Positions 1 to 10,398 are shown, counted from the first letter of the stretch. The stretch is 64,000 nt of DNA from a bacterium (GCA_021792615.1 JAJYUJ010000002.1:20157-84156), one strand, 5' to 3'. Program-made: numbers and translations. Notes: generated from the letters alone by a model not told the origin.

Positions 1-1156
1 TTACTTCTGTTTTCTCAGTCACTGCATCCTCAGCAGGTTCGCGCATACCGGCATACTTTGCGTAAACGATTGCTACAAATCTATACATAAGGTGAGCAAA
101 CTTTGAATACGGTAAATATGCAATCAGGAAAAACACAAACACAAGATGGACAAAATATGTCCAATAGGCAACGGGGGCATTACCCGAAAGTCTTACAAGT
201 TCCGCAAGAAGACCTGTTATGCCTATGATGAACAGTATACCGAGGAACAGCCAGTCATAATAATAGCTTTCACCTGATGTGTCTTTTTTGTTTAACCTGT
301 TGTAAACCGCAATGGTACATCCGGTAATAAGTGCAACCGCACCGATATTTGCGAGTATTTTTACAGGATTTGTCAGTTTAAGCGGGAGTTCAAGGCCAAA
401 CACATACAGACCGAAAAATACAATGGTCGTAACTGCAAAAAGCGCCATAAACCCATAAAATATAGCAAGATGTCCGGAATATCTTAGATTGTTAGCGTCA
501 CACTTTTTAAACTTATTATGGGTGAGTATCTCTTCTGCAGCGAGGATGCCGCTCTGAAGAATACTTTTTTCCCCATAATGATTTCCGTGGGGATTGTTCG
601 TGTCCATATTCTTCCAGAATTTCGTAATACTCATGGCCATGGCCCCTGCAACAATCGCACTCACCGATATAAAGATAGGATCAACATATAAATGGGGAAT
701 AAACTTTGCAAAAACTATTTCGCCGGCAGGAACAGAGATTAAATTCCCAACATGCGCAAGCACGAGCAAAAACAATATCACCGGAACTGCAAAGAGCAGC
801 GGCAGATATTTTGGACTGCTCAGTGCCGTACCCATAAATTTCGGGAATGCATAGTTTTTAAAACTATAGTTCCTTATAGCACCCATTACTTCAGCCGGTT
901 TTGCACCCCTTGGACAATGCACGGAGCAATCTCCGCATTGATAACATCTCCACACATCGGGATCGGAAATAAGCTTATCTTTTAATCCCCACTGTGCCCA
1001 TATCATTTCTTTTCTGGGAAAGGGCTTATCATCCGATGACAGGTTGCATACAACAGAGCAGGTTGCACATTGAAAGCATTTCTTTAAAGAGCCCCCGCCA
1101 AGTTTTGTAATGTCGTTTACAAAATCAATATCGCTTTCTATCAAATTGTTCGCCAT
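1..1156 (-). CDS. qmoC: Quinone-interacting membrane oxidoreductase subunit C (3' end runs off the window)
   Basis: Not in ORF track. ATG at 1156 with AGAGGT SD; my translation gives MANNLIESD...CFQCATCSVVC...CYQCGDCSVHCPRG (two 4Fe-4S motifs), then hydrophobic TM region ending YLPYSKFAHLMYRF; directly follows qmoB. Confidence 0.93.
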   Translation of the reverse strand, partial: MANNLIESDIDFVNDITKLGGGSLKKCFQCATCSVVCNLSSDDKPFPRKEMIWAQWGLKDKLISDPDVWRCYQCGDCSVHCPRGAKPAEVMGAIRNYSFKNYAFPKFMGTALSSPKYLPLLFAVPVILFLLVLAHVGNLISVPAGEIVFAKFIPHLYVDPIFISVSAIVAGAMAMSITKFWKNMDTNNPHGNHYGEKSILQSGILAAEEILTHNKFKKCDANNLRYSGHLAIFYGFMALFAVTTIVFFGLYVFGLELPLKLTNPVKILANIGAVALITGCTIAVYNRLNKKDTSGESYYYDWLFLGILFIIGITGLLAELVRLSGNAPVAYWTYFVHLVFVFFLIAYLPYSKFAHLMYRFVAIVYAKYAGMREPAEDAVTEKTEV

Positions 1157-1166
1157 AGTTACCTCT

Positions 1167-3311
1167 CTAAAAACTCTTATATGGATTGGGACCGAGCTCG
1201 GTTACCTTTGCCATAAAGTCATTCATAATATCCGGCAGCCTGTTATAATCGGAAATCTCGAGTTGCATAACCCTCACCCTTTCAGGTTCAAGCACAAGTC
1301 TTTGAAGCACTTCTTTCAAATTTTCCATTCTTCTGTTGGCAATCTCGCTTCCCTTTATGAAGTGGCACTGATAATCTTCGCCATATTTGCACCCCATAAG
1401 CATTATGCCGTCGATGCCCCTTGATAGTGCATCTGCTATCCAAACAATATTAACGGAACCAAGACACCGAACCGGTATGATCCTTATATTCGGATTGAGT
1501 ATCGTGCGGTTTATACCGGCTATGTCGAATGCAGGATATGCGTCGTTCTCGCATGCAAGCGCAAGGATTCTGAGCTTCTCTTCCTCTTCTCCCGGGACCT
1601 CTATGGATTTTAGCATTGAAGAAACGATATCTACCGAATAGTTCTCAAAGGAAACGATCCTTTCGGGACATGCCCCCATGCAAACACCGCACCTTCTGCA
1701 TCTGTTTGGATTTGGTTTCGGTGAGCCCTTTTCATCCTCATCAATGGCCCCAAACGGACATTCCTCCGTGCATCGTTTACACTGCGTACATTTTTGCATA
1801 AAGAATATCGGATACGATAAATCTCCTGCCCGCGGATGAACAGCGGAACCTATCGATTCGAGCTCAAGGGCCTGGATTGCCTTCAATGCTGCTCCTGTTG
1901 CATCATCTTTGCATGTTTTACTCTCTGCCGGCTGCCGAACACAGCCTGCAGCATAGATGGCTGTCCTCTGGGTCTCATAAGGAAAACAGATAAAATTAGA
2001 ATCAGGGAACCCATACTTCAGCATCGGTAATTCCTTTCCTTGCCTGTACTGGAGATTCAATATGCCCGAATCCGTGGCAGGTACCATGCCTGTTGCGAGT
2101 ACGACCATATCAGCCTTTATTCGTATATCTTCGCCAATCAAGGTATTCTTAATATTAACCTCGAGTGATTTATCCGGGTTCTCTGTTATGCCCGCAATGT
2201 CTCCCTTGGTAAGGAACACCCCGTTATCGGCCTGTTTATCTTTATAAAAATTTTCATATTGCCCCGGGGTACGCATATCCTTATAAACGATGTAAACTTT
2301 GGCATCCGGATTGCTGTTCCTTACGTAAGAAGCCTGTTTCAATGAGGTCAGACAGCATACGGAAGAACAGTAGGGAAGATGATTTTTATCCCTTGACCCG
2401 GCACACTGCACAAACACAATGGATTTTACATCTTTGTTGTCCGATGGACGTTTAATCTTACCCTTTCCCTGAACCGTTATATCTTCCATCATAACATTGT
2501 TAACAACATTGGCATATTTTCCAAAACCAAGACCATCCACTTTGCCAGCATCATAGGGCTTCCAGCCGGTTGATACAATTATTGACCCGGCCCTTTCAAT
2601 AATGGTTTTCCCGTCCTGTTTTATCGAAACATCAAACATGCCGGGTTGTCCGGACACATTCTCTATTTCGGCAGAGGTGAAAAGCTTAATATCGGGATGT
2701 TTCTTCACTTCATTGATCGTCTTTTCAATATCTACATCCTGCAATTCTTTATACGGGGGCCTTTGCGGAAGCTGTTTATACCATCTCCGCATCCAGCCGC
2801 CGAGAACGGAAGCCTTTTCCACAAGTATGACCTTATAGCCTGCTTTTGTAGCTTCAATAGCCGATGTCATACCGGTTATGCCCCCGCCGATAACGAGAAC
2901 GGTCTTAGTGATATTTTCTATATACGGTTTTGGTGCATTTGCCTTCTTTGCCCTTATGATACCCATTCTTATGTAGTCTTCTGCCAGCATCTGCGTATCT
3001 TCCTCTTTCGGTACATGCGACCACGCAACGTGTTCCCTGAGGTTAACCCGTTCTACATACACGGTTGGATCGAAAGAGAATGTATCGAAATGAACCCTTG
3101 GAGAACAGGCAGCAACAACGACCGAGTTTACGCCCTGTTCCTTAATGTCCTTTTTGATAAGCTCTACACCTTCTGCACCGCACAGGTTTGCATGTTTTAT
3201 ACAAACCGGTATTTTTTGTTCTCCCTGAGCAACGGTGAGAAGTTTATCTACCTCAACCGATTCTCCGATATCACAACCCGAACATATATATACACCTAAT
3301 TTTTTATCCAC
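1167..3311 (-). CDS. qmoB: QmoB, HdrA-like flavoprotein with C-terminal ferredoxin and MvhD domains
   Basis: VYICSGC start, GGGITG FAD motif, QCAGSRD..YCSSVCC, CTQCKRC/CRRCGVCMGAC, CENDAYPA..VRCLG MvhD domain; operon context. Confidence 0.96.
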   Translation of the reverse strand: MDKKLGVYICSGCDIGESVEVDKLLTVAQGEQKIPVCIKHANLCGAEGVELIKKDIKEQGVNSVVVAACSPRVHFDTFSFDPTVYVERVNLREHVAWSHVPKEEDTQMLAEDYIRMGIIRAKKANAPKPYIENITKTVLVIGGGITGMTSAIEATKAGYKVILVEKASVLGGWMRRWYKQLPQRPPYKELQDVDIEKTINEVKKHPDIKLFTSAEIENVSGQPGMFDVSIKQDGKTIIERAGSIIVSTGWKPYDAGKVDGLGFGKYANVVNNVMMEDITVQGKGKIKRPSDNKDVKSIVFVQCAGSRDKNHLPYCSSVCCLTSLKQASYVRNSNPDAKVYIVYKDMRTPGQYENFYKDKQADNGVFLTKGDIAGITENPDKSLEVNIKNTLIGEDIRIKADMVVLATGMVPATDSGILNLQYRQGKELPMLKYGFPDSNFICFPYETQRTAIYAAGCVRQPAESKTCKDDATGAALKAIQALELESIGSAVHPRAGDLSYPIFFMQKCTQCKRCTEECPFGAIDEDEKGSPKPNPNRCRRCGVCMGACPERIVSFENYSVDIVSSMLKSIEVPGEEEEKLRILALACENDAYPAFDIAGINRTILNPNIRIIPVRCLGSVNIVWIADALSRGIDGIMLMGCKYGEDYQCHFIKGSEIANRRMENLKEVLQRLVLEPERVRVMQLEISDYNRLPDIMNDFMAKVTELGPNPYKSF

Positions 3312-3342
3312 GCTTTATACCTCCCAATTGCCTTGCCCGGGC

Positions 3343-4605
3343 CTAAACAAATATTTGAATGGCCTTTAGTGCTGCACCGGTTGCATCCTGAATACAGCTT
3401 GCAACATCCGCAGGTTTCTTAGCGCAGCCCGCCGTATAGATTCCGGGTGACTGAAGATCGGGAACAATAAAACCGAATTCATCATAAACAATATCAGCCG
3501 GCATCTGCGACTTTATGCCATTCGGCACCATACCGGTTGCCAGCACAACCATGTCTACCGTTTTATAAATCTTCTGTCCCGAAAGGATATCTTCTGCTAC
3601 CACGGTAAGCGATTTTGTATCAGCGTCTTCTGTAATTTTTGCAACCTTGCCCTTTATAAAGGATATTTTATTGTCGGCTTGAACCTTTGTATAAAAATCC
3701 TCAAATCTGCCCGTTGCTCTTATATCGATATAAAATATATAAATATCGGCATCCGGATATTGACTCCTGACATACGTTGCTTGTTTCATTGACGCAAGAC
3801 AACAAATCGACGAACAATAGGCAAGATGGTTTTCATCCCTCGACCCTGCGCATTGCACAAAGGCTATGCTCTTTATCTCTTTTTTATCGGATGGTCTCAG
3901 GATTTTGCCTTTTGTCGGTCCGTTCGGTGCGGCAAGCCTTTCCATTTCTACGTTCCTCACAACGTTTTTATAAATTCCATACTTAAGATTATCTATCTTT
4001 GCAGCATCATATGACGACCATCCCGTTGCCAGCACAACAGAACCGACGTTGATGTTGAGTGTCTTCGGCTTCATGGATAATTCAATTGCATCGTACTTGC
4101 ACGCAGCTAAACACTTTGCACACTGTTCTTTCAGACAAACCTTGTCATCGATTACGTACTTCATAGGGAAGGCCATCTCGTGCGCGAGGTAAACAGCCTT
4201 TGTTTTATCCATAGCGTAGTTGTAATCGCTTGATCGTTCGACAGGGCACACCTCGGCACATTTGTTGCATGCCGTACATTTATCATTCACATACCGCGGG
4301 TTTAAACGTATCGTTACGTCGAAATTCCCCGGTGTGCCTGAAATCTTTTCAACCTCTGCGAGTGTAAAATACCGAATCTTTGGATTTACCCTTATTCTCT
4401 TGTAGTTTATTTCAACACCGCATTGCGGAGGACAAAGCTTGGGAAAATACTGGTTCATCTGAACCACCCTGCCTCCAAGGGAAGGGGACTTTTCTATGAG
4501 ATATACTTCATAGCCTACTTCTGCAGCTTCTATGGCTGTTGTCATCCCGCTGATCCCTCCGCCAATTACACACACACTTTTATTATCATTAGTCATAGAT
4601 TTCAT
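3343..4605 (-). CDS. qmoA: QmoA, HdrA-like flavoprotein (likely start ATG 4596)
   Basis: GGGISG, YFPKLCPPQCG, CTACNKCAEVC, QCAGSRD..YCSSICC; between aprA and qmoB. Confidence 0.96.
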   Translation of the reverse strand: MKSMTNDNKSVCVIGGGISGMTTAIEAAEVGYEVYLIEKSPSLGGRVVQMNQYFPKLCPPQCGVEINYKRIRVNPKIRYFTLAEVEKISGTPGNFDVTIRLNPRYVNDKCTACNKCAEVCPVERSSDYNYAMDKTKAVYLAHEMAFPMKYVIDDKVCLKEQCAKCLAACKYDAIELSMKPKTLNINVGSVVLATGWSSYDAAKIDNLKYGIYKNVVRNVEMERLAAPNGPTKGKILRPSDKKEIKSIAFVQCAGSRDENHLAYCSSICCLASMKQATYVRSQYPDADIYIFYIDIRATGRFEDFYTKVQADNKISFIKGKVAKITEDADTKSLTVVAEDILSGQKIYKTVDMVVLATGMVPNGIKSQMPADIVYDEFGFIVPDLQSPGIYTAGCAKKPADVASCIQDATGAALKAIQIFV

Positions 4606-4673
4606 TACCTCTTATTACCAGCCTATATACCGAGCATGTTCTGTCAATACGCTGGCATGATAACGTAGTCTGC

Positions 4674-4700
4674 GCAGGGGCAGGATTACCCTGCCCCTGC
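4674..4700. other. Perfect 11-bp GC-rich stem-loop between aprA and qmoA
   Basis: GCAGGGGCAGG-ATTAC-CCTGCCCCTGC; no U-tract follows on the coding (minus) strand. Confidence 0.7.
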
Positions 4701-4720
4701 TGCAAATTTTAATTGTTCTC

Positions 4721-6607
4721 TTACTGTATTATCTTTACTACCGGTTTCTTCGACATCTGCCAGTTCCCTGTCTGTGGATCCCATTTCGAGTTAACAAATA
4801 CCTTCCAGTTTGCTTCATCGATCTTGGGGAAGTCCGATCTATACAGGTAACCAGGATACCGTGTCTCTTCTCTGAACATCACGTGCCTCAGATGGACTTC
4901 TGCTGTCCATAGTCTGTGGTAGTTCTCCCATGCCCTCATAAGCTCGTGCAGATTTTCTGCGCCAAGCTTCTCGGAGTCCTCTTTGAGCATGGCAAGTAAT
5001 TCAAGCCCTCTTTCGAGCATGGGTTTATTGGTTGTATACCATGTTGATGTTCCACCAACATACTCGTCCATAATCTTGTTCAGTCTGAATAAGAACATTT
5101 TTGGCTTGATATAATTCGGATTGATGTTCGAGTCGCTCGATAGTGTTTTGTACTGTTCAAACGTTTTGAGCGGTTTATATGTTTTTTCTTTTAATGTATC
5201 TATCTTCTTCGGATCTATTGTTGGAGCCTCGGGGTGATCCTTTATGAATCTTATCGCTTCTTTACCGGCAATCCTGCCTTCTGTACATGACCCGGATGAG
5301 AATTTGTGGGCATTACCACCTACACCGTCACCTGCTGTAAACAGACCTTGTACGGTACTCATTCTGTTATAGCCCCATGTGTATTCTTTTGGTGCAATAT
5401 CGGCAGGACCGCTCACCCATGCGCCTGCACACGACGCATGCGAACCGATAAAGTACGGCTCTGAAGGCATGATCTCGGAAGGTTTTTCCTCTGGTGAAAT
5501 ATTCATCGATGCCCATAGGCCTGCCTGGGTTATCGTCATATCAAGAAAATCTTCCCATGCCTCTGAGTCGAGCTCTTTCAATCTCTTCTTTTTGTCTTTG
5601 TCCGTACCCGGGGTGGTGTCCGTAATCTTCTTTATGGCCTCTTCTGTTCTCATGTAAACCGGCCCTCTTCCTTCTCTGAGCTCTGTGATCATCTGATGGT
5701 TACGGAGGGGAGTTGGAACCGGTTTTGCACTTGCATACGGCTCCCATTTCTTGATCTCTTCTGCTTGTGTTTGCAAGTAATCCTCACCAAACGCGTTTGT
5801 CGCCCTTGACTTGAAGAGCAGGAACCATGCACCTACCGGGCCATATCCGTCCTTGAACCGTGTAGGTATAAATCTGCTTTCCATCTGGGTCATCTCTGCG
5901 CCTACCTGCAGCATTGTTGCATAGCTTGAACCTGAATTCCATGGCGGGTACCATGCCCTGCCGAAGCCTTCACCGGTTGACCTTGGCCTGAATATATGGA
6001 CAGCACCGCCTGCTGCAACCATAACTGCCTTGGCTTTGAATACGTAGAATTTGTTCTCTCTTACACTGAATCCAACCGCTCCTGCTATCTTATTGGGGTC
6101 CTTTTCGTCCGTAAGAAGATTGACGATAAACACCCTCTCATAAACGTTGTCCATTCCAAGTGCGCTCTTTGCTGCCTCTGCCACGATGACCTTGTATGAC
6201 TCGCCGTTTATCATGATCTGCCATCTGCCTTCATGGACATAATTACCTTTTTCATCCTTCCATATAGGCAATCCCCATTTCTCAAACAGGTGAACAGTGG
6301 AATCAACGTGCCGTGCTATATCATACACAAGGTCTTCTCTTACGGTTCCCATCTGGTCGTTCCTTACATACTTGACAAAATCCTCGGGAGAGTTTGCGCC
6401 GTCCTTAATACCGATGTAGGTGTTGATGGCCGAAAGACCCATTGCAACTGCACCGCTTCTCTCCATCGCTGCCTTGTCGACCAGCGTTACTTTTAATCCG
6501 TTTTTCTTTGCCCAGTAGGACGCTTCAACGGCAGCACCGCATGCAGCCATGCCGCCGCCCACAATCAATAAATCCGTATTTACTTCTATCGTTTCAAAAT
6601 TATCCAT
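4721..6607 (-). CDS. aprA: Adenylylsulfate (APS) reductase alpha subunit
   Basis: GGGMAACG, RSGAVAMGLSAINTY, WQIMINGESYK, RFKDGYGPVGAWFLLFK, HKFSSGS, FREETRYPGY. Confidence 0.98.
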   Translation of the reverse strand: MDNFETIEVNTDLLIVGGGMAACGAAVEASYWAKKNGLKVTLVDKAAMERSGAVAMGLSAINTYIGIKDGANSPEDFVKYVRNDQMGTVREDLVYDIARHVDSTVHLFEKWGLPIWKDEKGNYVHEGRWQIMINGESYKVIVAEAAKSALGMDNVYERVFIVNLLTDEKDPNKIAGAVGFSVRENKFYVFKAKAVMVAAGGAVHIFRPRSTGEGFGRAWYPPWNSGSSYATMLQVGAEMTQMESRFIPTRFKDGYGPVGAWFLLFKSRATNAFGEDYLQTQAEEIKKWEPYASAKPVPTPLRNHQMITELREGRGPVYMRTEEAIKKITDTTPGTDKDKKKRLKELDSEAWEDFLDMTITQAGLWASMNISPEEKPSEIMPSEPYFIGSHASCAGAWVSGPADIAPKEYTWGYNRMSTVQGLFTAGDGVGGNAHKFSSGSCTEGRIAGKEAIRFIKDHPEAPTIDPKKIDTLKEKTYKPLKTFEQYKTLSSDSNINPNYIKPKMFLFRLNKIMDEYVGGTSTWYTTNKPMLERGLELLAMLKEDSEKLGAENLHELMRAWENYHRLWTAEVHLRHVMFREETRYPGYLYRSDFPKIDEANWKVFVNSKWDPQTGNWQMSKKPVVKIIQ

Positions 6608-6617
6608 GTCTTCCTCC

Positions 6618-7061
6618 TTACTTCTTTGGCACTGAAAGTTGAGCTAATCCCAATGAATCCGGCTCAGTCACAAGTAATGGGCTCTTGAGATCATCCGAGC
6701 CCGGCTTGAAATCTGCATACGGCTTAACTTCCCCTTCTGCTGTTGTTCTGATCGGGAACTTAAACCTCTTGATAGTTCCGTTACGGAATTTTACCGTCCA
6801 CATAATATCCTGCGAACCTCGCATGGGTGTTACACTGGCGCCCAGGGGCATAAAATCCGCATATCCTCTCACGTCAATTGCCTGCTGAGGACATATCTTT
6901 ACGCATGAATAGCATTCCCAGCACATCTCCGGCTCTCTGTTGAAGGCCTTCATCTTCTCCCTGTCCAGCACCATAAGGTCGTTCGGGCATATATATTGAC
7001 AAGCTGTTCTTTGAAGCGCCTTGCAACCATCACATTTTTCCGTTATTACATAACTTGGCAT
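6618..7061 (-). CDS. aprB: APS reductase beta subunit
   Basis: CDGCK..TACQYICP, CWECYSCVKICP, FKFPIRTT. Confidence 0.98.
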   Translation of the reverse strand: MPSYVITEKCDGCKALQRTACQYICPNDLMVLDREKMKAFNREPEMCWECYSCVKICPQQAIDVRGYADFMPLGASVTPMRGSQDIMWTVKFRNGTIKRFKFPIRTTAEGEVKPYADFKPGSDDLKSPLLVTEPDSLGLAQLSVPKK

Positions 7062-7088
7062 ATAGTAACCTCCTTTTATTTTTTATCT

Positions 7089-8324
7089 TTATTTATTTTT
7101 TGCGTCCATACCTATGCCTTCGGAAGCTGCATGGGTCTTAATTTCGACCTTGTGTTCCAGATGAGCATAGTAATCCTTCAGGATCTCGAGAACCTCTGGC
7201 CGGCTGAAATCTTCGGAAACAGGTTTACCTTCCGATAAAGATTTACGCAGCGCAGTTCCGCTGAGCAGAAGCCTGTCCTCCTTGCCGTGGGGACATGTTC
7301 TCATAGAAGCCATACCGCGGCACTTTGAGCAGTAGAATGTCCAGTCAATATTAAATGGCTTTAGTTCAAGTGCATCTTTTGGTATCTCGTTAAATATCTT
7401 CTGTGCATCAAACGGACCGTAATAGCTGCCGACGCCTGCGTGGTCTCTTCCGACTATCAAATGGGTACATCCGAAGTTCTGTCTGAATACACCATGCAGC
7501 AAGGCTTCACGAGGTCCTGCGTATCTCATCTCCATTGGGTATCCACCCATGACGACGGTGTTCTTAACAAAATATTTGTCCACAAGGACGTTTATGCATT
7601 TGGTCCTTACATCCGCAGGAATATCGCCTTCTTTCAGTTTCCCAACGAGCTGATGAATAAATACGCCGTCGACAACCTCGATCGCTATTTTTGCAAGATA
7701 TTCGTGCGATCGGTGCATCGGGTTTCTTAACTGCAATGCCGCTATGGTATGCCATCCCTTTTCTTCAAAGATTTTACGGCTTGCTGCAGGTCTCATATAG
7801 ATATCCCCGAACTGCTTTGGATAATAACTTTCGCTCAATACCTTTACCGGCCCGGCAAGATTAATATCCGCCTGTAACATTACCTTTTGAACACCGGGAT
7901 GTTCTGTATCGTTTGTTCTGAAAATCTCTTTACATTCGTAAGCCTTATCGATCGAGTACTTTTCCGTTATCTTCATGGTACCCATAATTTCCGAGGTTTC
8001 TTCATCTACAAGTGCAACCTCTATACCGTTTTTCATGCCATCTGCCACAGATTTTGCTGTTGAAAGGGTTATAGGAATAGGCCAGAACAGACCATTTTTC
8101 ATCTTATATTCTGAACATATACCTTTCCAATCATCATATCCCATAAATCCATCGAGGGGAGTGAATGCCCCGATCCCAAGCATGATCAGATCGGATGTTT
8201 CCCTGCTCGTCATTTTAACCTTTGGTAAGCCTTGAGCCTTCTTGAGCTCTTCCTCCCGTGCTTTTCCTTCCAGCAGAAGGGGCTTTAAAACCTTAGAACC
8301 ATGCGGCGAAATCAATTGTCCCAT
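7089..8324 (-). CDS. sat: Sulfate adenylyltransferase (ATP sulfurylase)
   Basis: [30 protein letters not shown], Zn site YCSKC..TCPH. Confidence 0.98.
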   Translation of the reverse strand: MGQLISPHGSKVLKPLLLEGKAREEELKKAQGLPKVKMTSRETSDLIMLGIGAFTPLDGFMGYDDWKGICSEYKMKNGLFWPIPITLSTAKSVADGMKNGIEVALVDEETSEIMGTMKITEKYSIDKAYECKEIFRTNDTEHPGVQKVMLQADINLAGPVKVLSESYYPKQFGDIYMRPAASRKIFEEKGWHTIAALQLRNPMHRSHEYLAKIAIEVVDGVFIHQLVGKLKEGDIPADVRTKCINVLVDKYFVKNTVVMGGYPMEMRYAGPREALLHGVFRQNFGCTHLIVGRDHAGVGSYYGPFDAQKIFNEIPKDALELKPFNIDWTFYCSKCRGMASMRTCPHGKEDRLLLSGTALRKSLSEGKPVSEDFSRPEVLEILKDYYAHLEHKVEIKTHAASEGIGMDAKNK

Positions 8325-8349
8325 CTTGTTACCTCCTTTCCTTTATTAA

Positions 8350-8387
8350 TTATGTATACAATATACAATATATTTATTTTGTGTCAA
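8350..8387 (-). promoter_or_regulatory. Sigma70 promoter of sat-aprBA-qmoABC with overlapping operator
   Basis: TTGACA (8387-8382), TATATT 16 bp downstream; palindrome TGTATA-N3-TATACA at 8353-8367 overlaps the -10. Confidence 0.75.
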
Positions 8388-8440
8388 GTAAATTCTTGTT
8401 TTCTGTGTATGAAAACTCGAAAATGGATTCACCCCTTTAT

Positions 8441-10129
8441 TTAACTCAGCCAGGTATATCCGAACATACCACATTCCATGTAGCTTATACGCTGAAAACC
8501 TTTGTTTTTCAACACAGTATATGCCTCATAGGCACGCGTTCCGTACTGGCAGGTACAAATAATCTCTTTGTCCCGGGGTAACTCATTGATACGGGCGCGC
8601 AGATTTTCCAATGGTATGCACATAACTCTTCCATCATCAATACTCTTGCCTTCCGTTATTTCTTCTTTTGTGCGTAAGTCCAGCACTATAAAGTCTTCCG
8701 TGATTTTAAGCCGGTGCCTTACTTCAGCAGGCGGCATGGTTTTGACCGAGCCTGACAGCTTATTGCGCATGATGTTTGCGGTATGGATAATACTGTCCAT
8801 GGCACCTGCAAACGGAGGAGCATAACAGAGATCCATGGATGCAATATCGTCGATCCTAGCTTTAAAATATAATGCCGTAGCAGAAACATCGAGTCTTTTT
8901 GCAATATCTCCGGTCCCGGCAATCTGTGCTCCAAGAAGTCTTCTGTCTGGCACGGATGCTATCAATTTGATAACGATGTTCTTACTGCCGGCAAGGAAAT
9001 GTGAGGTGTCCCTGGTTACAGAAAGGCATGTCTCTGTCCTATATCCGTATTTCTTTGCCTGTTTTTCCGTCAAGCCTGTTTTTCCTGTCTTTAATCCAAG
9101 ACTCATTAAAATGCAGGAGCCAACAACCCCGGGAAAGGTATCTTTTACGCCTGTTATATTGTTCGCTATAACGCGGCCGTGTTTATTCGCTACGGACCCG
9201 AGAGGCATGTGGATCTTTTCCCCGGTAACAATGTCTGTACATTCGACACAGTCGCCACCTGCATAGATACCGGGTATGTTCGTTTGCATACATTCGTCGA
9301 CTGCTATTGCGCCGGTTGCTCCGATCTGTACACCTGCTGATCGTGCAAGCTCTACATCGGGCGTTATGCCGACTGCAAAAATAACGATATCGGCATCAAG
9401 CTCCCTTTTATCGGTTATGACCTTTTTTACCATAGTATTCTCATCACCGGTAATTTCTACGACGGACTCGGACAAGTATAGATTAATCTTCTCGGAACGT
9501 ATTGTATTGGCAGGATAGTGCGACATATCGCTATCGAGCACATCGGGAAGCACCTGTTCTGCCATCTCTATTATCGTTATAGAAAGTCCCTGGGCATTGA
9601 ATGCATCCGCAAGCTCAAGCCCGACCCTGCCGGCTCCAACGATCACGGCATTCTCTATGCCTTCCGATTCTACAGCCTTTCTGATCGCCTCTGCCTGTTC
9701 AAGGCTTCTCAAAACAAAAACATTCTTTAACTGTATGCCCTTAACCGCGGGGACCTTTGCCTTTGCCCCTGATGCAAGGACAAGTTTTGAATAATCTATA
9801 TTTTTGATTTCACCGGATGCGGTGATGATTTTTATAGTCTTGCCCGCCGGGTAGATAGATTGAACAGAAGTTTTTGTATAAACCGTAACATCCTTTGAAT
9901 CCATGAAGTACTTTGCATCTCTTACCGTACCCCACAGCATGCTCATAAGTTCCGACGGCCGCTCGACCGCACCTGCTATATAGTAAGGCATACCGCATCC
10001 TGCATACGATACATAAGGACCTTTTTCTATCATGACAATTTCCGTATCCGCAGAATTTCTTCTTGCCCGTGCTGCCACCTTTGCCCCGCAAGCCCCGCCG
10101 CCGACAATGACGATCCTCTCTTTATTCAT
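8441..10129 (-). CDS. CoA-disulfide / NAD(P)H persulfide reductase fused to a rhodanese domain (CoADR-RHD, Npsr/Nsr-like)
   Basis: GGGACG FAD motif, SYAGCGMPY redox Cys, GAGRVG NAD motif, YAPPF, C-terminal rhodanese CQYGTR. Confidence 0.88.
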   Translation of the reverse strand: MNKERIVIVGGGACGAKVAARARRNSADTEIVMIEKGPYVSYAGCGMPYYIAGAVERPSELMSMLWGTVRDAKYFMDSKDVTVYTKTSVQSIYPAGKTIKIITASGEIKNIDYSKLVLASGAKAKVPAVKGIQLKNVFVLRSLEQAEAIRKAVESEGIENAVIVGAGRVGLELADAFNAQGLSITIIEMAEQVLPDVLDSDMSHYPANTIRSEKINLYLSESVVEITGDENTMVKKVITDKRELDADIVIFAVGITPDVELARSAGVQIGATGAIAVDECMQTNIPGIYAGGDCVECTDIVTGEKIHMPLGSVANKHGRVIANNITGVKDTFPGVVGSCILMSLGLKTGKTGLTEKQAKKYGYRTETCLSVTRDTSHFLAGSKNIVIKLIASVPDRRLLGAQIAGTGDIAKRLDVSATALYFKARIDDIASMDLCYAPPFAGAMDSIIHTANIMRNKLSGSVKTMPPAEVRHRLKITEDFIVLDLRTKEEITEGKSIDDGRVMCIPLENLRARINELPRDKEIICTCQYGTRAYEAYTVLKNKGFQRISYMECGMFGYTWLS

Positions 10130-10157
10130 ACTGCCTCACTTTCTGTACTGCGCCTGC

Positions 10158-10186
10158 AGATTATTGCATACAGTATACATCGTCAA
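10158..10186 (-). promoter_or_regulatory. Promoter of the CoADR-RHD gene with operator in the spacer
   Basis: TTGACG (10186-10181)-17 bp-TAATCT (10163-10158); TGCATA-CAG-TATACA at 10165-10179. Confidence 0.7.
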
Positions 10187-10271
10187 GAAAGAACGAATAA
10201 ATTGGATTGATAAGAAATTGCATTGAGGAACTACAAAGGACGTGGTGTGTAAAAGAATGCGTTCTTTATTT

Positions 10272-10330
10272 TCATTCCCGTATAAACGGGAATACCAAAA
10301 AGACAGAATTCCTGCTTTCGGAGGAATGAC
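10272..10330. repeat. Pair of dRS3/REP-like palindromic units
   Basis: ATTCCC-N8-GGGAAT (10274-10293) and ATTCCT-N8-AGGAAT (10308-10327). Confidence 0.65.
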
Positions 10331-10348
10331 AGAAATCAAACGTGAGCT

Positions 10349-10377
10349 AAAAAAAGGGCGACCCGCCGGGCCGCCCA
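10349..10377 (-). terminator. Rho-independent terminator of the cytochrome gene
   Basis: Minus strand GGGCGGCCC-GGC-GGGTCGCCC followed by T7. Confidence 0.75.
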
Positions 10378-10398
10378 TAATGCTCTGGTTTAGATAAT

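Noticed and set aside
1-3. TTA at the window start as the qmoC stop
   Set aside because: Out of frame with the ATG at 1156; qmoC continues past the window edge
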